64,000 nt of DNA from Paramoeba atlantica (taxonomy: Eukaryota; Protista; Discosea): positions 124,001 to 188,000 of the forward strand of contig CDRNVI010000010.1 of assembly GCA_977017575.1 (NCBI GenBank). Reading direction: 5' to 3'. Below are positions 22,472-33,594 of the stretch, in pieces. Both the position numbers and the translations under genes were made by a program. Position 1 is the first letter of the stretch. Each line of letters opens with the position of its first letter. The notes under the pieces were generated by a model that was not told where the DNA came from, searched no databases, and saw only the letters and a list, made by a program, of their open reading frames with translations.

Positions 22472-24442
22472 CTACGCCGACGTCAGATGCCCCACGGAAT
22501 CTACACTGCCCTCTTCCGGCCCCCCAACCTCCCTTTCCTCCGCACCTCGTCCCCTCACCCCTCGACGGTATACATCCCCGCATACATCCCCGGTATACAT
22601 CCCCGCATTCCGGGCTCGAAACACATCCCGGGGACTCACCTCTACCCCCTCAGGGTAGCTTGCCGCAACCTCCTCCTCCTTCCCCACCCTCTCCCGGTCC
22701 CTCTCCCGTACCCTCACCGCTCTCCTCCGGCTCAACTCCAACACGTAGCGCTGGGGATCCAGCCGCATCCGGAGATACTCCCCCTCCCCATCTTCCTCCG
22801 GACAAAAATCCCCATCTCCCCCCGCACTCGCCTGCTGCCCCTCCAGCACCGACGCCAGCCGTGTCTTTATGTCACGCACGGAGCTCCCGGTGAGCTCCGC
22901 GCACTCCCGCAGCACTCTCCGCTGGTACGCCCCCAGCCGCCTCCGGTGCCATTGCCGGGTCAGCACCTCCGGGGCCTCCGCCCCCGGCACCCCGTGGAGG
23001 AACCCGAAGTGCGCCATCGCCTCCACGGGGTGCAGCACCCAGAGCTCCGCGCGGAGAGAGCCGCGGAGACGCTGGAGGAACGCAGGGGACTCATTATAGT
23101 TATTAGAATTACCATTTCTATTTATATTTCTATTCTTCTTGTGGTTATTATAGTTTATATTTTCGTGGTTGGTAAAATGAAACGGTTGACTTCCGAGGGG
23201 GTGGGATGTCGTGGGCTCGGCATTCTGCATCGGGGCATCGAAATAGTCCAGCACGACCCAACGACGGTTGTGTTTGATTTCGTACTCGACGGGGTGCGGG
23301 CGGGAGGGCTCGAGAAGGGTTCGGAAGTTGGAGGTTAGCACGACCGCGAGCCCCCCGGGTCGGAGATGGGACCCGGCATGCTCGAAGAAGTGCTCGATCT
23401 CCCCATCGATCCCCGCGAGCCCGGGGGCGTAGGGGGTTTCGTGGGATTCGTACTGGGTTAAGGAGAGTAAATCCGGAGTGTAGACGACACAGTCAAACGG
23501 GAGGGCGTAGCTCGCGCGCGGGGATCGGCTGTTGGGGGGCTTGGTGTTCGAGGGGTCGACCGGGAGCGCGGGGAACATATCTGCGGTTTGAAATTGTAGC
23601 CGGCTACGGGTGGAGGTGTCGGAGAGTCGCCGGACATCCCGGAGCATGCCTTCGAGTGCACGGGGATTGGGGTCCGTACTGAGCAGGTTGATTTTTTTAA
23701 ACCGGCTGAGGGCGAAAGGGAGGACACCGCAACCTACGTTGAGACATAGTACCCGCTGCAGCCTTAACGGGTTGTGCATGCAGGTGAACCATTTTATGAA
23801 TAAAGCCACGTGTTGGAGATGAACGGGTTTCGGTAGCCGTACGCCGAAAAGCGGATGGAGTCGAAGGTTGCTTAAAAGAGAGGGGAAATTCACCCCATTG
23901 CGCCAGGCCGCGAAGTGATCCACCAGCGAGAGGTAGTCACGTACGGAGAGGTGCGTGTGAGCGGCTGCGGGGTAGGCCTTTTCAGCGAATTCGATAAAGT
24001 CACGATAGATGCTCTCATTCCAGTGGGTCTCCTCGAAATAGAACAAATGGCGGTAGAACGTCGTGTTCTTGTCTTTTTCACGAAAATCACGAAGCAGCCA
24101 AAAGGAGCGATCAAGGACGAGCCGTTCATAGGTCGCGGTTGCCGTCGCTTGTTGAAAGACCAGAGACGGGAGATCGATGGCAGGATGCTCCAGCGCAGAG
24201 AGCTGCGTTAAATACTTTTGCTACTTATCCGCCATTTCTAACGAGTGGTTGACTTGAACGTAGTGACCCTGTCGCAGGGAGGCGTAGACGGAGTCGTAGG
24301 TGTCAAGATGGGGGTCTAAAAGCCGTACCCCGTGGGTCTCGGGGTCCAACGTGTCCTGGGGATGAATCACGAGATGACGGGAAGAAAAGACACGGAGGGG
24401 GTGAGAGGGGGTGAGAGGGCGGCGAAAGAGCTGTGTCCACAT
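22472..24442 (-). CDS. Class I SAM-methyltransferase-like, probably mitochondrial; a single frame interrupted by one in-frame TAG at 24221-24223
   Basis: Track ORFs 24221..24442 and 22472..24046 share a frame, and the gap translates openly (DK*QKYLTQLSALEHP...FYRHLFYFEE). Motifs CLNVGCGVLPF and CVVYTP; presequence-like MWTQLFRRPL. Confidence 0.7.
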
Positions 24443-24699
24443 GGGGGATAGGAGAGATAGGGGTAAGGGGAAAGGGCATAGACGGACAAAGAGGAAATTT
24501 TAGGGGGAGTAAGGTTTTTATGTGTTACAGAGAGTTAGGATGAGGTTCGCTCCTCTGCATTTTCGTGTAAACTTACGTAGAATTTATGAAACTTGTATAA
24601 AAAATAACGGAAGTAAAGAATTTGGTACATTTTTTTTTGTGGCATCCGGTGAGTTGTTCTCAAACCACCCATGACGCGATTCGCACCCGCATTGTCCCC

Positions 24700-25638
24700 T
24701 CACTGAAAAATCTCATTTAACGGATCCAACGCGGGCAACGGAGGGCATGCTGCATTTCGCTGCTTTCTTTGCTTCTTTGCCTCACTACGTGCTCGGTAAC
24801 TATACGTCTTGGCGTGCGATTCGACTTGTCTCGCATGAGGAGAGGGGACTTTGTTCTTCCAAAGCACATTTCCCCCACACAGCTTATCCACCAGCAGCCG
24901 GGGGTACAACACGAAACGAGGACCAATCTCCATCACGTCCTTCCCGTCCGTGGTGAACTGGTAGTTCCGAAACCACACACACCCATCAAAGAAGAAAAAG
25001 CAATACATATGGTCATGAAACGGTTTCGCACGGGGATGGTCCTTGGGGGTACCGAAGCACATGGTGAGCAGAACTTGTAGCACTTTTAAATGAGGCTGTA
25101 GGGTAAATTCATTGTCAAAATGCAACAGTGGGCGAGAATACTTTAGACAGTTTCCTGTACGGCTGAGCTCTGCAGCAGTCGAGATCGAGACCAAGGAAAA
25201 CAAGGCGGAGGGACCCTTGGGGGATTGCCCGATCCAGAGATCCGTTTCGCTCTTTCGCGGGTTAAGCAGTACCGTCGTGTTGCATTGGTACAGCGAGGTG
25301 AGTTCAGACATCACCGTTCCGAGCCCGGCATGGAGTTTTATTTTGCTCGTCCCTCGGCTGTGAGGTAACATCTCGTGGAAATCTTTTATGAGACAACGTT
25401 CTTTTTTAGAGATCGCTCGGGTGCCGAGTATAAGGCATCGCTGCTTGTTTGCGCCCACCGACGCGGATTGAGCCCTTCGCAAGGATACGTCCTGCACCAT
25501 CGAGGTGGCTGCGTCATCGGATTCGATACTTGTGTTTTCTGATTCAGGATCGGTCTCGGATGCTTCTGACGATTTATCAAGTGTTGGGGTCTTTCGTTTG
25601 CGAGCCATAAGTTTTGAGACACTTTCACTAACTAACAT
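24700..25638 (-). CDS. BRX1: Brix-domain ribosome biogenesis protein
   Basis: KQRCLILGTR, GNCLKYSRPLLHFD, GTPKDHPRAKPFHDH, MEIGPRFVL. Confidence 0.92.
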   Translation of the reverse strand: MLVSESVSKLMARKRKTPTLDKSSEASETDPESENTSIESDDAATSMVQDVSLRRAQSASVGANKQRCLILGTRAISKKERCLIKDFHEMLPHSRGTSKIKLHAGLGTVMSELTSLYQCNTTVLLNPRKSETDLWIGQSPKGPSALFSLVSISTAAELSRTGNCLKYSRPLLHFDNEFTLQPHLKVLQVLLTMCFGTPKDHPRAKPFHDHMYCFFFFDGCVWFRNYQFTTDGKDVMEIGPRFVLYPRLLVDKLCGGNVLWKNKVPSPHARQVESHAKTYSYRARSEAKKQRKQRNAACPPLPALDPLNEIFQ

Positions 25639-25823
25639 TTTTGGGTTTCCTGTGTAAGATTAGTATTATGGAACGATCACTACCATAAACAATTCTTTAA
25701 TATGATTTGCTTACTTTTACGTAACTCCTTGTCCCGCCTAATTTAAAATAGATAAACAGAAGTACGAACCTTAAGTGTTTAGTACCCTTTTTTATTAGCT
25801 GACAGTGGTCCTATCTTAAACTT

Positions 25824-26633
25824 TTACAAGTGCAAGCCACTAGTCTTTAACCCTTCGGCATAATTTTCTATCCTCTTACTTTGCAGGTAAGGATATGAGA
25901 CATCCCAATCAAGCGTGACGTGGGCGTTTAGCATAGCATCCAATGATACAGATGCAGGTTGATGCAAGAACATCTCCTCGAACACAACTTCTGACTTTTC
26001 TCGCTTGAGGATTTCGTAGGATGCCCTAAAAATAACTTGCTGCACGTAATTCGCCAAGTAATAAAGAAGAGGAAGCGTAACTCGAACAAACTCTTCGATT
26101 TTGTGATCCACCTCATGCTTATCGTTTTTCTTTTTTGAAATGAACTCGAGGTCGTCTAGTCGGTTTCGTATATGGCGTAATACCGGCTCGGGCAATAATT
26201 CCGTGATTTGATGTAGCGATCTTCGTAAATTGGGTAACGTTTGCGTAATAACTTGTTGAACATTTTCTTCAGACAAAGTGAGCCATTTATGGCCAACTGA
26301 CAAGGTCGAGGAAGGCAAGGTTTTTGCCTTTTTCGACCCTTTCGAGGGCCTTTCTCTTTGTTCCAGTTTTTCGCATTCTTGATTCATTCGATCACAGAGG
26401 TGCATTACTCCCAATCTTAGTTGGCTAAGGCATAAAATAAGTTGTACAGGCGGAGGTAGAGTGCACACATCCTCCGTGTTTTTCGAGTTGACCTCATCCG
26501 AGGGTGGGGCTATTATGGAGCACAGAATATTATCGTAGACAGCATTTTGTGATTTCCATGCTTTATGGGCATAGTGCACAATTTGCCAAGACAACAAATC
26601 AGAAGACATTGGTAAGAAGGATACGAATTTCAA
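25824..26633 (-). CDS. Hypothetical helical protein
   Basis: 269-aa ORF co-oriented with the cluster. Confidence 0.65.
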   Translation of the reverse strand: MKFVSFLPMSSDLLSWQIVHYAHKAWKSQNAVYDNILCSIIAPPSDEVNSKNTEDVCTLPPPVQLILCLSQLRLGVMHLCDRMNQECEKLEQRERPSKGSKKAKTLPSSTLSVGHKWLTLSEENVQQVITQTLPNLRRSLHQITELLPEPVLRHIRNRLDDLEFISKKKNDKHEVDHKIEEFVRVTLPLLYYLANYVQQVIFRASYEILKREKSEVVFEEMFLHQPASVSLDAMLNAHVTLDWDVSYPYLQSKRIENYAEGLKTSGLHL

Positions 26634-26851
26634 TCTTGACCAAATCTAGTAGTAAAGCCCTGGTTGAAGAATACCAAACGAAATTATATTCCTTTGTGTT
26701 TTGTCACTAAAAAGGCAGGTTCTACACATTTCACAAACGTTTTTACCCCTTCGGATAAAAGATTTTCACAATCATTACAATTATGGTTAAATCACTTGCC
26801 TACACTATGATCGGCATACTCCATCACAGTGCATGCCTCCCGCCTCCGTCC

Positions 26852-28777
26852 TCAGGACTGATTCCCATGCAGCAGCGCCTTTATCATTTGCTGTCGCAGC
26901 ACACACTCCGTACCCTGCGAAGTGTTCTCCCCGAGCGGAATCCGTACCCCGTTATCATCATAGTACGCCCGTAGTACCGCTAAATACATCTCCTTGGCCA
27001 CTTCCGTGACGGGAAGCACTGAAGGGAGCGCTACCTCCGGACCCTTCTTCTTGCCCGCCCCCCGCTGCTGGGACTCCACTAAAATATGAACCCCACTCAC
27101 GGAGGTACGGAACAGGTACCGCACCAACTCGACCCGCCGCTTTTGATTCCACGCCGCAAGCTGAGCGTGTGGTTCAATCGCAAACGACAGCGCGGAGTTT
27201 ATTTTATTCGAAGCAAATTCGACATTTCCCGGAGGTCCGAGAAATTCGAGTCGTGCTAACGAGGCAAGAATACTGATGCTATTTCCCAAGGTCGTTTCAT
27301 GGACCATATTCGGGAGCAGGACAATGATCTCCTGCATCAACGGGCGAAGTTCAAAAATGGCCGGACACAGCGTCGGGGGACGGCTGGCATCACTGACAAG
27401 CGTTGAAAGCCCACTCAGGAGTAAGGCTAGATCCGAGGGCTTGGCCTCCGGAAGCAACCCCTTAACGTGCCGGAGAAGTGAAACAAACTCCTCAGGGGGG
27501 TACACTTTTAAATGTACCATGGCGTTCAGCAACCGGCAGGTATCGCTGATCGTCGTGGCATCGTGATGCGAGGGGAGGGTGAGGGAATCCGAAATCGGAC
27601 CCTCGGAGGCCGCGTAGCCCGGAAACCGGACCCGTAAAAACTGAGCCGCAAACAACCGCACGTAGGTTTGGTTATAAAAATGCGTATTCCGCAGCGCCTG
27701 CAGCGCATCCACCAGTATCCGCGGGGAGGTATCCGCGAGTTGTGCCCCCAGCGCACGGCAACAGGCATTGTACATCCCTTTATGGTCAATCTTATAATAC
27801 GCCCCCGCGCGCAGCACATACAGCACCTCCAACTGGGAATACCCCTCCCCTCTCCGCATCACGTCCTCCAGCAACCTCTGCACCTCCCCCGCCATCCCAT
27901 GCAGCACCTCCCCCGCCTTCCCATACTGCACCGCCTCCACACTGTGCCACAGCCGGGCGTAGTCCGTAAACGTGGCCATCCCGCGGGTCGCGGCAAACCC
28001 CCCGAGCAGCGCGGCCCACATCCCGGGGTGCGCCACCCGGACCCGGGCGAACGCCAGCCCCACCGTCGCCACCTCCCCCGGGGCCATCTCCCCCGCGAGC
28101 TGCGCGACCCGCGGGGCCAACCGCTGCATGGTGTCCGTGAAGTTCCCCGGGAGCAGCGCGGCGAGAGCACTCACCACCGGGAGCACCCCCTCCACGGGGA
28201 GCTCATACCCGCGGTCCGCCAGCAGCGTGAACAGCGACTCCACGAGCTGGGGGACGGCCTCCCCGAGGTGGAAGTAGCTGATGCAGGAGGCGAGTCGCGC
28301 GGCCTGGGCCACCGAGAGGGCCCGGGGCCGGGCGTGCGACGGGAGGTTCTTGAGGAGACGGTCCAGCGCGAGACGGGCTTGGCTGAGGAGAGTGGGGTCG
28401 TGGGGGGGAGGAGTCGTAGTGGTAGTGGTAGGAGTCGTAGGAGTCGTAGAGTTGTGGTGATGGGGAAGCGTAGTAGGCGTCGTAGGAGTGGTCGTAGTAG
28501 GATTTGTAGAGTTGTGGTGATGGGGAGTCATACGAAGGCTACGCTCGTGTTGCTGTTTCAGTAGGGTGAGTCGGGTTACGGTGGTGGCTGCGATGGTTTC
28601 GTAAAAGGATTGGGTCTCAGCGAGGGGGGAGGGGGAGGGGGGGGTGTCGTCGAGGGTGGGGGGAGGGGGGGGAGGGGGGCGTCGGGAGGGGGAGGAGGAG
28701 GGGAGGGTGGAGGGGTTGGCGTGGATTTTGGCACGCATGCGAATCCATTGCTGCCATTGTTGTTTGATGGGGTTCAT
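26852..28777 (-). CDS. Helical-repeat (HPR/FASTK-like) protein, putative organellar RNA-binding
   Basis: 641 aa; repeats such as MAPGEVATVGLAFARVRVAHPGMWAAL and SPRILVDALQALRNTHFY; Pro/Thr/His low-complexity N-terminus. Confidence 0.7.
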   Translation of the reverse strand: MNPIKQQWQQWIRMRAKIHANPSTLPSSSPSRRPPPPPPPTLDDTPPSPSPLAETQSFYETIAATTVTRLTLLKQQHERSLRMTPHHHNSTNPTTTTPTTPTTLPHHHNSTTPTTPTTTTTTPPPHDPTLLSQARLALDRLLKNLPSHARPRALSVAQAARLASCISYFHLGEAVPQLVESLFTLLADRGYELPVEGVLPVVSALAALLPGNFTDTMQRLAPRVAQLAGEMAPGEVATVGLAFARVRVAHPGMWAALLGGFAATRGMATFTDYARLWHSVEAVQYGKAGEVLHGMAGEVQRLLEDVMRRGEGYSQLEVLYVLRAGAYYKIDHKGMYNACCRALGAQLADTSPRILVDALQALRNTHFYNQTYVRLFAAQFLRVRFPGYAASEGPISDSLTLPSHHDATTISDTCRLLNAMVHLKVYPPEEFVSLLRHVKGLLPEAKPSDLALLLSGLSTLVSDASRPPTLCPAIFELRPLMQEIIVLLPNMVHETTLGNSISILASLARLEFLGPPGNVEFASNKINSALSFAIEPHAQLAAWNQKRRVELVRYLFRTSVSGVHILVESQQRGAGKKKGPEVALPSVLPVTEVAKEMYLAVLRAYYDDNGVRIPLGENTSQGTECVLRQQMIKALLHGNQS

Positions 28778-28989
28778 GGGAGGGGGTGGGGGTGGGGTGG
28801 GAGGTAAAGGGGTGAGGTGGGGAAGAGGGTAGAACTAGAGAAGGGAAAAGGTGGGTGGGAGAGGGTGTTGTGGTGGTTCAGGAGATAAAGTTTAGGGTAG
28901 GAAAGGAGATGGAAATGCATTTAAAAGAATAAGGTTATGGCCTTGATCCATCAGATCAGATCAAATCAATATACCTGCATGAGTTGGAA

Positions 28990-31938
28990 TCACCCCGTAG
29001 CCTGGGACTCGGCGTGTGCCCCTATCCGCTCTTGTTGCTCCTTTTTAAGTTGCTCCAGTTCCTCTTCCGCGGTTTGCATTTGGGAAAAGAGCTTCTGTTT
29101 GAGCTCTGGAAAGCTCTTCAGCTGGTCCGCACTTAGACTTGCGTTTCCCTCCTTCTCCAAGTGCAGCATCAAGAACTTAATCGTTGCTGGGCGCTGGTAG
29201 GGTGGAAAATTCGCATAAGCCTGTAACAACCGGAACATGTTCGCTGGTGTCGACGAGCGTGCGGACTTATAGGCTCGAGAAAAAAGCGGGGCGAGCAGCC
29301 GAGAAGTGCCCAGTCGCATGACCGCAAAACATTCCAGAATGTCTAAACTGAGACTCGAAGTTAGTGAGGTCTCCAAGTAGGCCAGCCGCGTATTCACCGC
29401 AGAGATGAGCTTATGGTTAAAGACGCGTGAAATCGTAAACGCTTGCAGGATGACCACCGTCTCCTTGAGCGAGGCCCCACCGAGGTGTTCCTGTATGGTG
29501 GGCAACACCTCGTGACACAGCGCACTGCAGGGCTCTTGCAGCGTCGCAAAACCATGCAGCAGTAGATGTACCTCCGCCGTGGAGAGATGCTCTTTAAGCT
29601 CCAACACACGATGGGTAACAACCGCAAAGAGCTCTGCGTTTTTCACCGAGACGGTTGCGAATCCTTTCATTACGCTGCAGCAGGTGCGAAGGGAGAGGCT
29701 GGGGCCAAAGGCAATCGCCCGCAGCGCTAACTCGTCGAAAATATCTTTTGATGTCTTTAAGTTTACCGTAGAACATGTGTAGATCAGTTCCCCCACGTCG
29801 GCTTCTTTTAACTCTTGACGTTTGGCAAGCGCCAGGGTGATTATCGAGCTGTAGGCCTCAGTGTCGCGAAAGCCCAGCTTGGAGAGACAAGTAAGGATGA
29901 GGACGAGATCTCTCCCACCAAAATGAGGGGCTAATTCAATAATTCTTTTGGAATAGGAGTGCACCAGACGTTTGCTTCGCAGCGGCCGCAGTGCGGCTGC
30001 CGCGAGAAGGCGTAGTGTGTCCTTCGGGGAGCACTCCGAGGCAATGTTCAAACACCGATCAATGAGATTGGAAAGCGCGATGGTATTATCCGCATAAAGA
30101 GGCACTCGCATGTAGATTAGAAAAAGATTGACAAGCACGGTGGGGTGAGTATTTCGGCGGGTGGCAGAGGTCTCGATCTCGGATCGCATCGTCGTAAACA
30201 CGGCATGACCGGCCATATCCATCGTCGCAAGACAGCGCAGTGCCTTGCATAGATCCGCACTGTTCATCTCTTTTCCATGCGTTGCTACATAGTCTGCCAG
30301 TGTCGATATGAAAGACTTTTCGAGATAAGTGGATTCCCCTGCTTCGATAGCTTGGAGGAAAACAAGAAAATGGCTAGGTTTGAGAGTGTGCAAATGCTTC
30401 GTGACAAACTTGGAAAGTGTTTGAGCAGAACTTGCCTTGTTTTCCCCTTCCGCGCAAAAACATGCGTTTATGGCAATAAACACCACCTCATCGGAGCTTT
30501 CGAGTTGCTCTGAATGTTCAATTAGGTGCTGCAGATAATGTCGCATAGGAGTGGTGGGAAGTAGTCCTAAGTCAAGGCAGTTCCGCAACAAATTCAGTTT
30601 AGCTGCACGTGAAAGGTATTTGTCGTCGGTTTCAAATAACGGGGATATTTTATCCACAAAGGCTGTAAAGACATTACCTTGTCGAAGAGGACTTTCTTTC
30701 AATTCATCCGCGACAGAACGGAGGAGATGAAGCAGAAGTTCAAGAACGCACATGTTAACTCCGGAAATGAAACGTACTTCTTTCTTCAGAGGTGCACGAT
30801 GAGAACACATTTTTTGTATGTCTTCGAATCGTTCATTTTCCGAATTTGCATCGAGCACGTTGAGCTGCAATGCTCGTTTGGTCAACCGGAAAGCAGTCTT
30901 TAGATTTATAGTAATCTCGGACAGCGTCTCATGCATCCAGCAGACCAACTCAAACCAGTCCGCAGCACTCTGTACGCGAGAGCTGCGTTGCTCGTAATTC
31001 TTCAATAGCCTTTCGTTCGGAAGACCAATCTTCTTATCAATGCAGACGCGCAGAAAGGTTTGAATTTGTGGCCACGTCATGAGATCTGTGTTTAAATGTT
31101 CCAAAAATCGATGAACCACATCACGTTTGAATGGTGGGTACGAAAAAATATGCAAAAGTAACGGCAAAGGAAGCGTAAATTTTAGCCCGAGAACTCTAGT
31201 CTCCAAATGTGCGTTAATTCGAACATGCTCTGTGTGTCCGCTGACATTCAGGCATTCGATGATACGAGCCACGTCCATCGGATCCACGACTTGCCTCCAG
31301 TGAATGCAAAGTTTCTCGCAAAGTAGTTGAACTGTTTGCCTGTCACCTATGTGATTCTGATGCAAAACGGTTAAAACGGGAAAGCCTTTGCAGAGTACCG
31401 AAATGCGCATCATTTTAAGATATCCGACGGCAAATTTCATAATGTCGGACAGCATCTCGACGACTGCCCTTCTTGTCTCACCGGAAATGCTGAGCGTGTC
31501 AGCGGCTTGTAAAAGTACTTTGGCGAGTGAGCCTGCGGATTCCAAGGCGTGCGAAGTTGATTCTGGTCCTGGAGTCTTGTGCCACCAGAGAAAAGTGGTC
31601 CGAAAATACGGGACCAGACCATCTAACTCATCGGCTCCATAAATTTCACATAAAAGATTCAGATAAGATGCAAGTAAATGATGAGATAGGCCTTGGAGGT
31701 CTTCTACGTGACTTGGCCAATGTGAAAGCGGTTTCAACTTTGGTGTCTCCTCGGTTTCGGATGTAGTCGCTGGACTACCGGTTTTTGGGCTCTCTAAATC
31801 TTTTTTAGCAAGGTTTTCTAACTCAGCAACGAGTTGTGGAAGGTTATTTAGTTTTTTGCTTTGCACTTCCGGTGTAGAACTCGAGTAAAAACGCAATCCA
31901 ATTCCTTGAAAATTATGTTTCGAAGACTTCAAACGCAT
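28990..31938 (-). CDS. Helical-repeat (HPR/FASTK-like) mitochondrial protein (track ORF extends to 32214)
   Basis: Likely start MRLKSSK...LRFYSSS at 31938; ~37-aa repeats such as MNSADLCKALRCLATM, FGGRDLVLILTCLSKLG and LSTAEVHLLLHGFATLQ. Confidence 0.75.
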   Translation of the reverse strand: MRLKSSKHNFQGIGLRFYSSSTPEVQSKKLNNLPQLVAELENLAKKDLESPKTGSPATTSETEETPKLKPLSHWPSHVEDLQGLSHHLLASYLNLLCEIYGADELDGLVPYFRTTFLWWHKTPGPESTSHALESAGSLAKVLLQAADTLSISGETRRAVVEMLSDIMKFAVGYLKMMRISVLCKGFPVLTVLHQNHIGDRQTVQLLCEKLCIHWRQVVDPMDVARIIECLNVSGHTEHVRINAHLETRVLGLKFTLPLPLLLHIFSYPPFKRDVVHRFLEHLNTDLMTWPQIQTFLRVCIDKKIGLPNERLLKNYEQRSSRVQSAADWFELVCWMHETLSEITINLKTAFRLTKRALQLNVLDANSENERFEDIQKMCSHRAPLKKEVRFISGVNMCVLELLLHLLRSVADELKESPLRQGNVFTAFVDKISPLFETDDKYLSRAAKLNLLRNCLDLGLLPTTPMRHYLQHLIEHSEQLESSDEVVFIAINACFCAEGENKASSAQTLSKFVTKHLHTLKPSHFLVFLQAIEAGESTYLEKSFISTLADYVATHGKEMNSADLCKALRCLATMDMAGHAVFTTMRSEIETSATRRNTHPTVLVNLFLIYMRVPLYADNTIALSNLIDRCLNIASECSPKDTLRLLAAAALRPLRSKRLVHSYSKRIIELAPHFGGRDLVLILTCLSKLGFRDTEAYSSIITLALAKRQELKEADVGELIYTCSTVNLKTSKDIFDELALRAIAFGPSLSLRTCCSVMKGFATVSVKNAELFAVVTHRVLELKEHLSTAEVHLLLHGFATLQEPCSALCHEVLPTIQEHLGGASLKETVVILQAFTISRVFNHKLISAVNTRLAYLETSLTSSLSLDILECFAVMRLGTSRLLAPLFSRAYKSARSSTPANMFRLLQAYANFPPYQRPATIKFLMLHLEKEGNASLSADQLKSFPELKQKLFSQMQTAEEELEQLKKEQQERIGAHAESQATG

Positions 31939-33074
31939 CTTGTTTGATTGGAAAGAAAATGGAAAGGCATTTAAAGAAGAGAAGACATTCTTCGAATATA
32001 AATTTAGAAAGTGAAGAAAAGTTTCCTTATGAGGACGCGAGCCGACGGCACAACTGTGCACAAACGTGGTGTTCGGGATACACGAAATATTAGGAGTTCG
32101 GATTCGTATTTGTCGTTCTAGGTGCTCACAAGAGGGTGAACAAGTGCATAGAGACATAACGTTAATCGATTTCGTTTTCCACGATAAAGGCATCGTAGGG
32201 ACAGAACACGGCATGCGGGTACTGATGCAAAGAAATGTTTGCGGTCAAGCCTGGTAGATTTCGTTGTTATGCAATCAGAAGTCACTAAATCATGATTTCA
32301 TAGTAAGTGAGATCGTGAAACAGTTGTAAAGCATTTCTTGATACTATGCGGGCCGTATTCTAGTGAAAAACCAAAAGAATAGTACAAAATATTAATCAGT
32401 CAAAAAGAGGACAGATAGAAGTTTTTATATCAATATCACTTTAGTAATCTTTACATAAGAGGCCTATGCTATGGTTGACCCGAGAATAATTTCTTCAACT
32501 TGCAAACTGTGTGCACTTTACTGCAATCCTCTTAGCGCTTAGAATCTTTTTACCTTCCGAAAAATGAAAACGAACGGTGCGTGCATGCCGATTATGAGTA
32601 TTTTGTCCATCCAAGACTAGTGGCGTGTTGTCGAAAACATTTCCGGCAGCAATACAAACCATATTTGCGAATGAGACCTTTCTCAACACTGCACATGCGA
32701 CACTGGCGACTACCTTTGCCTACGTGTAGAGCCTGACGAGTTTTCCAAATATCGGCGTGAACCATTTTCCGTAAAATTACGTGCTATCAAAAAATCAATA
32801 TAAAGAAAAAAAAATGTGTTGAATCTTTTGAATATTTTTCTGATTACCTTACAATAGCAGCACTTGGTTCTTGAATTACATGAATGAGCTACATGAATGA
32901 GTTACATGGAAGGGACACCTGCGAAAAACTACAATTTTCAAAACTATCTCTCCAATATAATGCAACTCCTTACAGATTTGTCTTGAGTCGACATTTCCGC
33001 AAAAAGCAAAAGCTTCTCGAGATAGATAAAGAAAAGGAAAAAAAGAACAATACAGCTTTACCTATTGGAACGCT

Positions 33075-33398
33075 TTAACTGACATTTACTAGAGAGGACT
33101 CACTCGTTTCTCGTAAATCACTGTCCTCCATACGTACCATGGCGGTGCTTGGAATCATACACATGGACAAAAAGCGTTCTCGAATAAACATACTATTATT
33201 TTGTGTCATTTCCGCATTTTCGTTGGAGTTTCCTACATCGTCCTCTGCTGGGATCGGCGGAAGAGACTCCCACGCCTCACTTAGAATCACGTGACCATCA
33301 CAGTCATAACTCGCAATGACGCCTCGAAAGACCCTACCGTCCGTAATGGTTATGTGCACTCGGCGTCCTAGAAAAGTCTTTGACATTCTTGTGCGCAA
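33075..33398 (-). CDS. LSm-fold protein, most like the NatC auxiliary subunit Naa38/Mak31
   Basis: Sm1 LGRRVHITITDGRVFRGVIASYDCDGHVILSEAWE and Sm2 RFLSMCMIPSTAMVRME. Confidence 0.75.
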   Translation of the reverse strand: MRTRMSKTFLGRRVHITITDGRVFRGVIASYDCDGHVILSEAWESLPPIPAEDDVGNSNENAEMTQNNSMFIRERFLSMCMIPSTAMVRMEDSDLRETSESSLVNVS

Positions 33399-33594
33399 GT
33401 TAGGAGGTAAACCTCATGATAATATGTATAAAATTCTGGAAAAAGCAAATCGTATATTTTCTACAAATTAATTTTACAAACAAAAGAGATAAATATACAA
33501 GTAAATTGGTTTGAACCGTAGTATCCTGAATTTGACAAAGTAATACCAAACAATACTTCGAAAAAACATCGAACAATTCTTTTTCAAATTCACC

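Noticed and set aside
24221-24223. Blastocrithidia-like stop-codon reassignment
   Set aside because: TAG, TAA and TGA all end conserved genes at the expected positions (RPS18 and VMA3 TAG, RUVBL1 TAA, BRX1 TGA).
27668-28564. Long plus-strand ORFs overlapping GC-rich genes (also 22366-23338, 34525-35028, 59523-59972)
   Set aside because: Antisense frames that stay open because of high GC; no motifs.
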